Origin: an uncultured delta proteobacterium
GTDB lineage: Bacteria; Desulfobacterota; RBG-13-43-22
Assembly (NCBI GenBank): GCA_963802945.1
Contig: CAWDKY010000028.1
Location: forward strand, 146,196-210,195
Reading direction: 5' to 3'
DNA: 64,000 nt
Shown: piece by piece, positions 9,621 to 21,464 of the stretch
How positions within the stretch are numbered: position 1 is the first letter of the stretch
How the letters are laid out: each line of letters begins with the position of its first letter
The notes under the pieces: model-generated
What the model was told of the DNA's origin: nothing
The model's database searches: none
Seen by the model: the letters and a program-made list of their open reading frames with translations, nothing else
Made by a program: the position numbers and the translations under genes

Positions 9621-10914
9621 ATTTAAATCGCTCTTCAACTGCTTTGGCATGAAGCGGCAGCCCTTCCTTTGTAGCCAAAAGGGTAATGGTTTTTTTCAAG
9701 CCCTGTAATCCTTTTTTACTCAGGTATTGGAAGGTCGGCTTCTTGATGAAGTCATCTACAGAGAGACCGGAAAACATCCTGGCACATCCGCCGGTCGGCA
9801 AGACATGGTTGGTCCCTGAGGCATAATCTCCGGCCGGAATCGGGGCGTACGGACCCATAAATATGGAACCGGCATGGTTGATCATAGGCAAGACGACCCA
9901 GGGATCCTCGGTAACAATCTGCAAATGTTCGGCAGCATAGGCATTGGCAAAATCAATGGCTTCCGTAAGATTGGAAGTTACTAAAACCGCTGAATGGCGG
10001 ACTAAGGCCCTCTGGATTATTTCTTTCCGTTCCAATCTAGGTAATTCCCGATTGATAATTTCACATACCTTTTCGGCCAAAGTCATAGATGGGGTAATGA
10101 GAACAGCAGCGGCATCCGGATCGTGCTCGATCTGAGAGAGAAAGTCCCAGGTCGTCCAATCGGGCCGGGCCGTCTTATCGGCCACGATGAGGGCCTCGCT
10201 CGGACCGGCAGGGGAATCAATATCAACCGTCCCAAAAACAGCCATCTTGGCCGCGGTAACATATTTATTGCCAGGTCCGACTATCTTATCCACTTTCGGG
10301 ATGGATTCAGTGCCATAAGCCATTCCGGCCACGGCCCAGGGTCCTCCCACCTTGAATAGGTAATCCGCCCCGGCAAGATCGGCGGCCACGATCGTTACCG
10401 GATCGGCTTTCATCCCTTTTTGTGGAGGGGTGCAGGCCACAATATTCGATACTCCGGCCACACGAGCTGGAATAATGTTCATGAGAACGCTGGAAGGATA
10501 ATTGGCCTGACCTCCTGGAACATAAGCCCCGACGGTTTCCATGGGCCTCCGAACCCTCCCGGCCAATATCCCTGGTTTGACCTCAATGGACCACATTTCC
10601 CTTTCCAATTGGGCCTGATGAAATTTTTCGATATTTTTTGCCGCTTGTTTAAGGGCCTGCTGTACGAATTTATCAACCTGTTTATAGGCCTTTTTAATTT
10701 CGTCCGGTTGAACTCTAAGGTCTTTTGTCCCAATATCGGATTTATGTTTGCGATAGTGTTGTAAGATAACCTGATCTCCACCTTTTTGGACGTCTTGGAC
10801 GATGGCCCGGGTTTCTTCATAAATATCGGAGATGTCTTCCATAGATCTTTTAAGCAGGGTATCTTTCCTCTTGGAGGATAAATTCATCAGCTTTTCAGGT
10901 TTAATGAATTCCAC
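9619..10914 (-). CDS. hisD: Histidinol dehydrogenase
   Basis: YVPGG, KIVGPGN, ID..AGPSE, SQIEHD, AEHL, GDYASGTNHVLPT. Confidence 0.9.
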   Translation of the reverse strand: MEFIKPEKLMNLSSKRKDTLLKRSMEDISDIYEETRAIVQDVQKGGDQVILQHYRKHKSDIGTKDLRVQPDEIKKAYKQVDKFVQQALKQAAKNIEKFHQAQLEREMWSIEVKPGILAGRVRRPMETVGAYVPGGQANYPSSVLMNIIPARVAGVSNIVACTPPQKGMKADPVTIVAADLAGADYLFKVGGPWAVAGMAYGTESIPKVDKIVGPGNKYVTAAKMAVFGTVDIDSPAGPSEALIVADKTARPDWTTWDFLSQIEHDPDAAAVLITPSMTLAEKVCEIINRELPRLERKEIIQRALVRHSAVLVTSNLTEAIDFANAYAAEHLQIVTEDPWVVLPMINHAGSIFMGPYAPIPAGDYASGTNHVLPTGGCARMFSGLSVDDFIKKPTFQYLSKKGLQGLKKTITLLATKEGLPLHAKAVEERFK

Positions 10915-10931
10915 TTTTTTTCACTCCTTAT

Positions 10932-11492
10932 TCATAGTTTTTGTTGTAGGGCAAAACGTTTTCCATAATCGATTAACGCATCACGGGTGCTGGGAAAAGC
11001 CAGGTCCGACCAGGGAATTTTTGTATAGGGGAACAGGCCTACTTCCAGGGTTTCGTCCAAGGCGGTCGGGACACCGGCTACAAATTGGGCTAAATAAGCA
11101 GCAACGATTACTGTGTTTCCCGGATAGGAATAGACATTGAGCAGGGAATGGATTTGGACTTGAAGGTTGGTCTCTTCCCGGGTCTCCCGGACAGCCGCCT
11201 CTTCCAGGGTTTCCCCTCGATCGACGAATCCTCCCGGGATGACCCATTTCCCATATCCTGGGGAAATCGCCCTTTTTACCAACACGATTTGTTCTTCAAA
11301 AAGGGTTACCGTTACGGCGGCCACTTTGGGATCAAGATAAAACACAAAGGAACACCGGCTGCAAACCAAACGGTCCGGTTCCTGATCCTTGATCTGCTTT
11401 TTTTCCAGACTTCCACCGCATAAGGGGCAAAAGCGAAAAGGGGGCTGGACTTGATGGGTTGAGTGGATTTCGGGTATAATGGGCTGGTTCAT
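10932..11492 (-). CDS. NUDIX hydrolase with N-terminal zinc ribbon
   Basis: FCPLCG...CSRC plus Nudix box GGFVDRGETLEEAAVRETREET. Confidence 0.92.
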   Translation of the reverse strand: MNQPIIPEIHSTHQVQPPFRFCPLCGGSLEKKQIKDQEPDRLVCSRCSFVFYLDPKVAAVTVTLFEEQIVLVKRAISPGYGKWVIPGGFVDRGETLEEAAVRETREETNLQVQIHSLLNVYSYPGNTVIVAAYLAQFVAGVPTALDETLEVGLFPYTKIPWSDLAFPSTRDALIDYGKRFALQQKL

Positions 11493-11621
11493 AACTATCG
11501 ATATTATTTTGAATCTTAAAAAAAAGAAAGACTTTTTTCTTGATTCCTGACAATATTCCCGTTATGAAAGAGGCAACATATAATTTATTGGACTAACGAA
11601 GTATCGTTATTCTCGAGGTTT

Positions 11622-12293
11622 TTGTCAAAGGAGGACTTATTGAAAACAGAAAAACTTAAAAAAGATAAGCCGGAACGAAAAAAATCGATTTTTCGAGAGT
11701 ATGCGGAATCAATCGTTATTGCCATACTCCTGGCCTTGTTGATCCGGGCTTTTGTCATCCAGGCCTTTAAGATACCTTCAGGATCCATGAAACCCACCTT
11801 GCTGGTTGGAGACCATATTTTGGTCAATAAATTTATCTATGGAATAAAACTTCGAGTTCCTTTTACCGCACTCAATTATAACCTGCTCCCTATCAGCACC
11901 CCGAAAAGGAATGATGTGGTGGTCTTTATTTTTCCAGTGGAACAAAACAAGGACTTCATCAAAAGGGTGATTGGGCTTCCGGGAGATACGGTCCAGATCA
12001 AGGATAAAAAAGTTTATATCAATAACCAGCCCATGGAAGACCCTTACGGGACCCACACGGACCAAAGAATTATCCCAGAAATGGAACAACCTCGAGACAA
12101 TACCGGACCCATTATTGTCCCACCCAATAAATTTTTTGTTATGGGAGATAACCGCGACGAGAGCTTTGACAGCCGATTTTGGGGATTTGTTGATCAGAAA
12201 CAGGTCCTCGGGAAGGCCTTTATTATCTACTGGTCCTGGGATCGGACAGAGTTTGGGGTTAGATGGAGGAGATTAGGGTATTTGATTCATTAA
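11622..12293 (+). CDS. lepB: Signal peptidase I
   Basis: IPSGSMKPTL, FIKRVIGLPGD, MGDNRDESFDSRFWG. Confidence 0.96.
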   Translation: MSKEDLLKTEKLKKDKPERKKSIFREYAESIVIAILLALLIRAFVIQAFKIPSGSMKPTLLVGDHILVNKFIYGIKLRVPFTALNYNLLPISTPKRNDVVVFIFPVEQNKDFIKRVIGLPGDTVQIKDKKVYINNQPMEDPYGTHTDQRIIPEMEQPRDNTGPIIVPPNKFFVMGDNRDESFDSRFWGFVDQKQVLGKAFIIYWSWDRTEFGVRWRRLGYLIH

Positions 12294-12311
12294 CGTAACC
12301 GGCGAGGACTT

Positions 12312-13133
12312 TTGAAAAAGACTAAAAAAGCACCTTTCTCACTGGGCCTTCCGAGTATTCTCCTGACCAATGATGACGGTATTTTTGCCAAGGGACTGGC
12401 GACCCTGGTAACGTTATTGAAAAAGAAGCATCCTATCTGGGTGGTGGCTCCGGAGTCCGAACAGAGTGCAGTGGGACATGCCCTGACCTTGACCCAGCCA
12501 TTACGGGTAAAAAAAATTTTTAAGAATGGGGAATTTTTCGGTTATGGGGTCAGCGGAACACCGGCCGATTGTGTTAAGATCGCTCTTAACGAACTGATCT
12601 CTCCCCCACCCCGCCTGCTCATCTCAGGCATCAATTTGGGTCCCAATGTCGGGATCAATGTTATTTACTCGGGCACTGTTTCAGCCGCCACTGAAGGGGC
12701 CATGATGGGGCTGACTTCAATAGCCGTCTCCATTGATTCCTATCAGACCCATAAATTTGAACCCGTAGCTAAGATTGTTTCAGCCCTGGTAGATCTCCTC
12801 ATAGAATCTCCGCTTCCTACGGGTGTCTCCTTAAATGTCAATGTACCGGCCCTGCCCTTGTCGGCAATCAAAGGGATTCGTTTGGTCAGGCAGGGGACCT
12901 TTCGTTTCAAGGAACGCTTTGAACGTCGTCTTGATCCCCGGGAAAATGTCTATTACTGGCAGGCCGGAATCTTGCCTCCCCCGGGAGAGGCCCCGGATAC
13001 CGACCATGCCCTTCTGTCGGCCGGTTATGTCACCTTGACCCCGATCAGTTTTGATCTAACCCACTACCCATCCCTTTCCAACTTGACCTTTCTGGAGAAA
13101 ATGACCGTGGGGAAAAAATCCAAATTTGCATGA
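12312..13133 (+). CDS. surE: 5'/3'-nucleotidase SurE
   Basis: LTNDDG, GTPADCV, SGINLGPN, YSGTVSAA. Confidence 0.96.
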   Translation: MKKTKKAPFSLGLPSILLTNDDGIFAKGLATLVTLLKKKHPIWVVAPESEQSAVGHALTLTQPLRVKKIFKNGEFFGYGVSGTPADCVKIALNELISPPPRLLISGINLGPNVGINVIYSGTVSAATEGAMMGLTSIAVSIDSYQTHKFEPVAKIVSALVDLLIESPLPTGVSLNVNVPALPLSAIKGIRLVRQGTFRFKERFERRLDPRENVYYWQAGILPPPGEAPDTDHALLSAGYVTLTPISFDLTHYPSLSNLTFLEKMTVGKKSKFA

Positions 13134-13170
13134 TACTTTTTTTTCTGATGAGTACCCCGTAGAGGAAACT

Positions 13171-13528
13171 CTAATCATGGCCCAGAGGCCGATGGTCGAC
13201 CTTTGGAAGTTCTGACAGACGAAGCAATAAGGCAAGGATAATGCCGGTTACAACAAAGGCGAAGTCGATGGAGAAAGGAATAAAGTGATTTACCGTGGCA
13301 TCATAGAGGAATCCGGCCGGGCTCGGACTGCCGGCGCTGATCAGCGTTACCACCAGTATGGGTCCGCCTGAAGTCAGCACCAAAGAGATTGGCCATCAGG
13401 ACAATCCTGCCTCCGAAACCGATCCCCATGGGTAGATAATAAAGGAAATGAATAAAATTCCTTAAGCATGCATCAAGGAAATAATCCCAGTTTACATGTA
13501 GGTCAGAAAGAAAACCGCTGAATGTCAC
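13171..13528 (-). pseudogene. Decayed fragment of an MFS-type transporter C-terminus
   Basis: Two broken hydrophobic frames with MFS-like phrases (MGIGFGG..LMANLFG; AGFLYDAT...F.IDFAFVVTGIILALL); no N-terminal part. Confidence 0.5.
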
Positions 13529-13583
13529 TCGTCAAACCGCATACCGAGAAAGACTCAAGCCAGTTTACCGGGAGGCTATTATG

Positions 13584-13612
13584 TTGACATAAATATAGTT
13601 CTCTAATATTAT
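13584..13612 (+). promoter_or_regulatory. Sigma70-type promoter for the UPF0182 gene
   Basis: TTGACA-17 nt-TATTAT about 110 bp upstream of ATG 13722. Confidence 0.6.
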
Positions 13613-13721
13613 AAAATAAATAAAACAATTAAATATCCTGTCGTTTTTGTCTATTGCTTCTCATCGAATCCGCTGCGGCTGAAATGCCCTATGCGGTGGC
13701 CTAAAAGTACGGAGGGGAAAG

Positions 13722-16426
13722 ATGGCTATAAAAAAACGCCCATTCATTGCTTTGGTGTTGTTCCTTTTAGTTCTTTTCATTGTCGGTTCCGGTCTCCTGG
13801 GATTCTACACCGAATGGCTTTGGTTTCAATCCCTGGGATACACCTCGGTCTTCCTGCGGCTCATCAATTATAAATTGCTCTTAGGGGGCATCTTCGGAAT
13901 TCTTTCCGCCCTCCTGTTTTATTTAAACGGCCGACTGGTTTTCCGTTTGGCCCATACCCCTTATCCTATGAATACAGAAGCCATCCCCATCAACCTTCCG
14001 GTCTGGCTGGAAGGACGTCTGCAGGCTTTCTTACTTCCGGCAGCCATCTTGGTCGGAATTTTTGTGGGTCTGGGGGCCGCCGGCCAATGGGAGTCTTTCC
14101 AACTCTTCCTCAATACCCGGCCTATCGGACAATCCGACCCTGTTTTCAATAAAGATATTTCTTTTTATCTTTTTCAACTTCCTTTTCTACATTATCTGAG
14201 CAGTTGGTTCGGTGGACTGTGGTTTGTGTCTCTCTTATCGGCCGTGGTCATCATTGTTTTCCGGTTCCAATTTCAGGTTAATCCCCGGGGGGTGACCCTT
14301 AAACCCTGGGTGAAAAAATACCTTTTTGCCTTTTTTGGGATCTTATTTATTTTTCTGACCTATTATTTTTTCCTTTCCCGATATGATCTCCTTTTTTCCG
14401 GCCGTGGGGTGGTCTTTGGACCCGGTTATGTGGATCAAAATTATCTTATGCCGATTCTGGGTATCATGATGTCGATTTCCCTTTTAACCGGTCTGCTTTT
14501 AATATTTCAGGCCTTCAAGCCGGGAGGACGCTGGATTTACGGCGTTCTGGCTTTTTTTATCGCAGCCTATATTATCGGAATATACATCCTGCCTGGATTT
14601 GTTCAGCGCTTTATTGTCACCCCCAATGAGATCCAAATAGAAACCCCTTTCCTTTCCCGTTACATCCAGGGTACTCTTCAAGGCTATGGACTCAATCAGG
14701 TGGAAGAACGTCAATTAGCCGGCCGAGACGACCCTGACCCCTGCCAATATCAATGCCAACAGCCTGACCATAAAAAATATTCGTCTCTGGGATCACCGTC
14801 CTTTATTGGAAACCTTCAGCCAGATCCAGGAGATCAGGACTTACTATAAATTCCAGATCCGTGGATAATGACCGTTACTTTATCAATAATGAATATCGCC
14901 AGGTCATGCTTTCTCCGCGGGAACTCTCCTATGCCGATCTGCCCAGCAAAGGTTGGATCAATGAGCACCTGATTTATACCCATGGATATGGGTCTGACCC
15001 TCGGGGTGGTCAATCAGGTAACCCCTGAGGGGCTTCCTGACCTGCTTATCCAGGATATTCCTCCGGTTTCCAAAAGCAATCTGAAGGTGACCCAGCCGGA
15101 GATCTATTTTGGAGAAATTGAAAACGACTATATCGTTGTCAATACCCGGCAAAAAGAATTCAATTATCCCTCCGGGTGAACAAAATGTCTTTGAAAGTTA
15201 TCAGGGGAAGGGAGGTATTCCTGTCGGAGGATTCCTAAGAAAAGCTTTATGGTCTGCCCGCTTCGGCGCCCTGAAAATTTTACTTTCTTCGGATATTAAC
15301 GCCCAAAGCCGCATTCTGTTTGATCGTTCCATCCGAACCCGGGTTCAAAAACTGGTCCCCTTTCTCCAGGTGGATGAGGATCCGTATCTGGTGGTTTCGG
15401 GCGGCCGGCTGTATTGGATACTGGATGCCTATGCCCTGTCCAATAATTACCCTTATTCCCGACCGGTCAAAAAAATGGGTAATTATATCCGCAATTCCGT
15501 AGTGGCCGTGGTCGATGCCTATGAGGGTTCAGTCCAACTGTACATCAAGGATGAAAAAGATCCTTTGGCCCAGGCTTACAGCCGTATTTTTCCCGATCTT
15601 CTTCAAACCGCTGGCGGCCATGGATCCGGACCTGAAAACCCATTTGCGTTATCCTCATTTTTTGTTTGATATCCAGGCGCGCATCTATGCCACTTATCAC
15701 ATGACGAATCCTCAGACCTTTTATAACCGGGAGGATACCTGGGAAATTCCGGGAAATTTGCAATCGGCCAAGAAGGACATGGAGTCTTACTACACCATCA
15801 TGCGGCTTCCCGGCGAAAAGAAAGAAGAATTTATTTTAATGATCCCTTTTACGCCCCTGAAAAAAGACAACCTGGCCGCTTGGATGGCCATCAGATGCGA
15901 TTTTCCGAATTTCGGGAAATTTATTGTCTACCGTTTCCCCAAACAGCGGCTGGTTTACGGTCCCAAACAGATTGAATCCCGGATCAATCAGGACCCGGAA
16001 ATTTCCCGGCAACTCTCCTTATGGGACCAGCGAGGTTCAAAGGTAACTCTGGGAACCCTTTTGGTCATCCCCATCGAAGGGTCCCTGATTTATGTTCAAC
16101 CTTTATATATCAAGGCGGAGAGCGGGCAGATTCCGGAACTAAAAAGGGTCATTGTGTCCTATGAAAACCAAATTGCCATGGAAGAGACCCTGGAAAAATC
16201 TCTGGACCGAATTTTTGGACAGGATGTCAAAAAAAGCCGTGAAGAGACGGTCGCCCTCCCTGCTACGGAAGGAAAATCCCAGTCCTCCCAATTCTTGGGA
16301 GATCTGGCCTGGCAGCACTATCAAAAGGCCCGGAATGCCTTGAAACAGGAAAACTGGACCGCTTACGGTCAGGCCCTGAAAGATCTGGAACAGGTGTTGA
16401 TACAAATGAAGGAAGGGAAAAAATAA
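13722..16426 (+). CDS. UPF0182 family membrane protein, broken by several frameshifts
   Basis: [26 protein letters not shown] (shifted frame), [40 protein letters not shown] spread over ORFs 13722, 14982, 15109 and 15515. Confidence 0.9.
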
Positions 16427-16427
16427 T

Positions 16428-18090
16428 TTAAGGCTTTGCCGCTTTTTCTCGCTCCATCTTCCTGAGCTCAATTCGCCGGATTTTTCCGCTGATAGTCTTC
16501 GGAAGATCGGGAACAAACTCGATTTTCGCGTGGGTATTTATAGGGCGCTGTAACCCTTTTCACGTGATCCTGTATCTCCTTCACCAGTTCGGCGCTACCC
16601 TGGTATCCGGGACGAAGGATGATAAAGGCTTTTACGATTTGGCCCTTGAGATCATCCGGAACGCCGATCACCGCGCTTTCCATCACCGCCGGGTGTTCCT
16701 GTAGCGCGCTTTCGACTTCAAACGGCCCGATGCGGTACCCGCTCGATTTAATAAGATCGTCCGCTCGACCGACAAACCAAAAGTATCCCTCATCGTCTTT
16801 ATAAGCTCTATCACCCGTGAAGTAGTAGTCATTTATAAACGAGGAATTGGACGCATCCTTCCAATACCCTCCAAAGACCGTCGGGGGATGATTAGGTTTC
16901 ACCTTAACCGCGATATGCCCTTCTTCATTCGGTGGCAGGATAGCGCCGGTGTCGTCGACGATATCCACGACGGACCCCGGAGTGGGCTTGCCCATGCTTC
17001 CCGCTTTAATCGGAAGGCAGGGAAAGTTGGCGACCAAGGGAATCGTCTCTGTCTGTCCGTAGTAGTCGTAGATTTGCCGGCCGGTATAGTCCTTCCAGGC
17101 TTTGATGACCTCGGGATTGAGCGGCTCCCCGGCCGAGAGCGAATGCCTGAGTTCGCTCCAATCGTATTTTCGCAAATCGACTTGTCCGATGAGAACCCGG
17201 TAGGCGGTTGGCGGCGCGCAGAACACCGTCACGCCGTATTGTTCGATGATCTCCGGTAAATACTTGGGGTCGAATTTACTGCCCATTCGCCACTGCAGAA
17301 CCGAGGCGCCCACAATCCACTGTCCAAAGAGTTTTCCATAGGCGGTCTTTGCCCAGCCCGTGTCGGCGTGCACCCAGATAATATCGGTCGGACGCAGATC
17401 CTGAATATATCGGGCCGTTACGATATGAGCGATGGCATAGCTTTGGTTGTGGCGCACCATCTTTGGATTTCCCGTCGTCCCGGAGGTAAAGAAGATAAGC
17501 ATCGGGTCGGAGCTTTTTGTTTTGCCGCCGAAGTCGTCCTGGTTAAAGACCCGGGACGCCTTGGCCATCGATTTGTTAAAGGACTTCCAGCCTGGTTTTG
17601 TCGCGCCGACGATCAGGCTGCATTTCAAGCTGGGAAGTTTTGTTCTGACGGCATCGACCTTTTCAGCGCCCTCTTTGTTGGCTATGGCCATCACGGCCTC
17701 GGCGCTATTGATTCGGTACTCGATATCGTGGCCGGTGACGAGATTCGGCGTTGGCATGGCCACGACTCCCGCCTTTATCATTCCAAGCATGGCAACATAC
17801 CACTCGATAGAGCGCGGCAGCATGAGTAAAACTCGATCGCCTTTCTTCAGGCCGAGACTATTCAGAACGTTGGCAAACTTATTGGCGAGAATGCTAAGCT
17901 CCCAAAACGTGAGTTTCGTGGAGCTGCTGCCATCCTCAGAAACCGTGATCAAAGCGATCTTGGTTTTATCCTTGATCCCCTTATCAAAACTATCAAGAGC
18001 GAAGTTATAGTACTCGGGAATCTCCCATTTAAATTCCTTCACGGTTTCTTGGTAATCCTTCATATTGTGTTGATCGAGTGACATAGTCAC
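16428..18090 (-). CDS. AMP-forming acyl-CoA synthetase (medium-chain/ACSM-like); frameshift near 16525
   Basis: FTSGTTGNPK, YGQTET, TGDRAY, GRADD, RIGPFEVES; removing one A restores IEFVPDLPKTISGKIRR and a stop at 16428. Confidence 0.92.
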
Positions 18091-18232
18091 GTGGGATTCC
18101 TCCTATAGATAAAATGATGAGCTACCGACTGCTTTGCCGTTTTCGCTATAACGATTGGTCAATCGCCGCTGCCTTTCCCAAGTCTAGAACGCCAAAAAGA
18201 AAGCGCCTAATGTGTTCGATCTATGGAAATTT

Positions 18233-18766
18233 TTACCTTTCGATACCCTTTCTGTCCGAAACCCCATCGTTAAAATAATGCTTTTGGTTTTTCATTTCCG
18301 TGACCAGATCGGCCCTTTCCAAAATCTTCGGGTCCGCATATCGACCGGTTAAAACCATTTCCATCGAATCGGGTTTCAGGTCAATCAATTCCAAAACCGC
18401 CTCGATTGGCAAAAGTCCAAAGGCTATGGCTACGTTGATTTCATCCAAAATCAATAAATCAATAGACTGGCCCAGCATGATTTCCTCGGCATATTCCAGG
18501 GCCGTCCTGGCCAATAATTGATCTTCAGGGTCCGGCTTGTCTTTATTGATAAATCCTTTTCGTCCCATGGGTTTAATAGTCAATAAAGGGGCCAGTTTCT
18601 GGGCGGCCATCAATTCTCCTGTCGGTTCCGGCCCTTTCATGAATTGAATCATCACTACCCTGCGATTGTGCCCAACGGCCCTGAGGGCCAATCCCAGGGC
18701 GGCCGTGGTTTTGCCTTTGCCGTCTCCAGTGTAAACCTGGACCATCCCTTTGGAAAAATTTTTCAA
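18233..18766 (-). CDS. cobO: Cob(I)yrinic acid a,c-diamide adenosyltransferase (BtuR/CobO type)
   Basis: YTGDGKGKTTAALG, QFMKG, LDEIN, LTGR, RKGIE. Confidence 0.93.
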   Translation of the reverse strand: MKNFSKGMVQVYTGDGKGKTTAALGLALRAVGHNRRVVMIQFMKGPEPTGELMAAQKLAPLLTIKPMGRKGFINKDKPDPEDQLLARTALEYAEEIMLGQSIDLLILDEINVAIAFGLLPIEAVLELIDLKPDSMEMVLTGRYADPKILERADLVTEMKNQKHYFNDGVSDRKGIER

Positions 18767-18767
18767 T

Positions 18768-19926
18768 CTAACTTATCCTTCCCAACAATGCCCTGGCAAT
18801 CACCAGACGTTGAATCTCCGAGGTCCCTTCATATAAAGTAGTCACCCGCACATCCCGGGCCAGTCGTTCCACCGGGTAATCGGCAATATACCCGTATCCT
18901 CCCAAAATCTGTATCGCATTATAACAGGCCCGATTGGCCGCCTCTGAAGCCAACAGCTTGCCCATAGAAGCCTCGGTAACAAAAGATTTTCCTGTTTCTT
19001 TAAGGAAAGCAGCCCGAAGGACCAACAACTGAGCTGCTTCCAATTCGGTATAGGTGTCGGCTATCATCCACTGTATGGCCTGGAACTGGGAAATGGACCG
19101 ATTGAATTGCTCCCTGTTCATGGCATAATTTGATGCAAAATCCATGGCTGCTCGTCCGATGCCTATGGACATGGACCCGATCCCGATCCGTCCACCGGCC
19201 AGCTCCATCAAGGAAATCCGAAAACCATCATTGAGGGAACCCAGGAGATTTTCCTTGGGAATATGGCATTGATCGAAAATGAGCTGGTTAGTGCTTGATC
19301 CTTTCTGTCCCATCTTTTTTTCGTCGGTCCCAACAATATACCCTGGTGTATCCTTTTCGACGACGAAAGCGCTGATGCCCCTCCCCTTGGGTGCACTCTT
19401 GTCGGTTACGGCCCAAGCCACAACCACCCCGGCATACTCGGCACTGGTAATGAAAAGCTTCTGACCATTGATGACCCATTCATTTCCATCTAAAACAGCT
19501 GTGGTTTTTATTCCCGCCGCATCCGATCCGGCCGCTGCTTCGGTCAGGCCGAAGGCTCCGGCAGGATATTCTCCGGAGCAAAGGCGCGGGATATATTTTT
19601 TTTTGGTTTCTTCGGTCCCGAATTCCAGTAACACCTCGGCCACCATATTGGTCACCGACATGGTTACAGCCGTGGCCGCACAACCGGCCCCGATCTCGGT
19701 CATGGCCAGACTGTAAGCCACGACCCCACTTTTTGACCCCCCGTAGGATTCAGGAATATTCATGCCCATGAGACCCAACTCAGCCATTTTTTTTAAATTA
19801 GCCTTTAAAATAGTCCGATCCCGTGGTCTCATCCAAACGGGCGGCTTGAGGAGCCAGTTCGTTCTGGGAAAATTCCCGACACATCTCCTGGACCATCTTT
19901 TGTTCTTCAGTTAACGCAAAGTTCAT
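18768..19926 (-). CDS. Acyl-CoA dehydrogenase (frameshift near 19830)
   Basis: FGLTEAAAGSD, KMGQKGS, ILGGYGY, YEGTSEIQR; N-terminus MNFALTEEQKMVQ in another frame from ATG 19926. Confidence 0.93.
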
Positions 19927-20052
19927 AGTGATTTTTTTTTAACGCTTCTAATCTTAATTAGATAGTTTCCAGGGCCTATCGGGAATAGTTCGGAGTTCAG
20001 AGTTTGGAGTTTGGAACCTGTTAAAATGGGCAATTAACTCCGAACTTTCTGC

Positions 20053-21202
20053 TTACTTCCTTTTTAAGATGTTATTGGCAATGACAACCCTCATAATCTC
20101 GTTGGTACCTTCGTAGATCTGGGTGATCTTGGCATCCCGCATGTGGCGTTCCATGGGGTATTCTTTGCAATAACCATAACCACCCAGAATCTGAACCCCC
20201 TCAATGGCCGCCTGCATAGCTGTATCCGAGGCATACATCTTGGCCATGGCCGCTACTTTTTCATAAGGTTGGTGATTGTCTTCCAACCAGGCGGCCCTTA
20301 ATGTAAGAAGCTCGGCCGCATCCAAACGGGTGGCCATATCGGCGAATTTCCATTGAATGGCCTGGAGGGCAGCAATCGGTTGACCGAATTGTTCACGAGT
20401 CTTGGCATATTCAAGGCCCTCTTCCAGAACCGCCCGGCCTATTCCAAGGGCCTGGGCGGCGATGCCAATCCGCCCCCCATCCAGGGTAGTCAACATTTGT
20501 CTAAATCCTTCTCCGGGTTTGCCCAGCAGGGCGTCCTTGGGCACCCGGGCATTGTCGAAAATCATTTCCGCCGTTCCGGAGGCATTGATCCCCATTTTTT
20601 CTTCCACTCTGCCCAAAGAATATCCGGGGGTGTTTTCCAAATCAACAATAAAACTACTGATTCCTCTTGAGCCTTTTCCCTTATCGGTGACTGCGGCCAA
20701 AACACAAAAACCAGCCACATTCCCGCTGGTGATGAATTTTTTTTCGCCATTAATGACCCACTCATTACCATCTAAAACCGCCGTGGTTCGCAGGCGACCC
20801 GGATCCGATCCGGCCCCGGCTTCGGTCAGGCCGAAGCAGCCCAGTTTTTCACCGCTGGCTACAGGGGACAAGATATTTCATCTTTTGTTCATGGGTCCCA
20901 AAGGCCATGACCGGAAAGCAATAAAGGGAGTTGTTCACCGACATAATCACTCCAGTGGAAGCACAGGCCTTGGAAATCTCGATCAAGGCAATTACATAAC
21001 TGACATAATCCATGCCTCCGCCTCCGTATTCCTCGGGAACGGCAATGCCAAGAAATTTAAGGTCGGCTAGTTTTTTACAGATCTCGGCCGGATGTTCATG
21101 GTTGGCGTCCAGGCGGGCGGCTACCGGTTTGATTTCTGCCTCGGCAAACTTACGGGCCATTTCCCGGACCATCTGTTGTTCTTCAGTTAAATTAAAATCC
21201 AT
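20053..21202 (-). CDS. Acyl-CoA dehydrogenase (frameshift near 20870)
   Basis: MDFNLTEEQ N-terminus (ORF 20849..21202) plus FGLTEAGAGSD, GGYGY and IYEGTNEI (ORF 20053..20871). Confidence 0.93.
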
Positions 21203-21301
21203 ATCCAGTCTCCCTTATTCCGAGTTACGGGTACAGAGTTGCATATTAGATACATTTACTCCCTGCGAGTATAAAAAAATTGCTTTGGTTGAGATTGGAT
21301 T

Positions 21302-21380
21302 GTCGTTCCGGCGAAAGCCGGGAACCAGGTTAATATAAACATCAAGATTCCTGGATGCCGGATCAAGTCCGGCATGACGG
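21302..21380. repeat. REP-like palindromic element
   Basis: GTCGTTCCGGCGAAAGCCGGGAACCAG ... CTGGATGCCGGATCAAGTCCGGCATGAC, two hairpins with complementary flanks; related copy near 26188. Confidence 0.7.
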
Positions 21381-21464
21381 CAAACAAATAACTCAAAAAC
21401 TCAGTTCGTGGATATTGCGTGTTAAAACCTATGACCCTTCACGAACCGTAACCCGTAATTTTTT

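Noticed and set aside
9619-10914. Stand-alone hisD as an HpsN-type paralog
   Set aside because: SQxEHD and GDY motifs fit HisD, and dispersed his genes are common
13140-13580. Riboswitch in the long surE-UPF0182 gap
   Set aside because: No known aptamer consensus recognised; better explained as a transporter remnant
13722-16426. UPF0182 and other split genes as true pseudogenes or programmed frameshifts
   Set aside because: Single indels with intact downstream homology across many unrelated genes fit assembly error better
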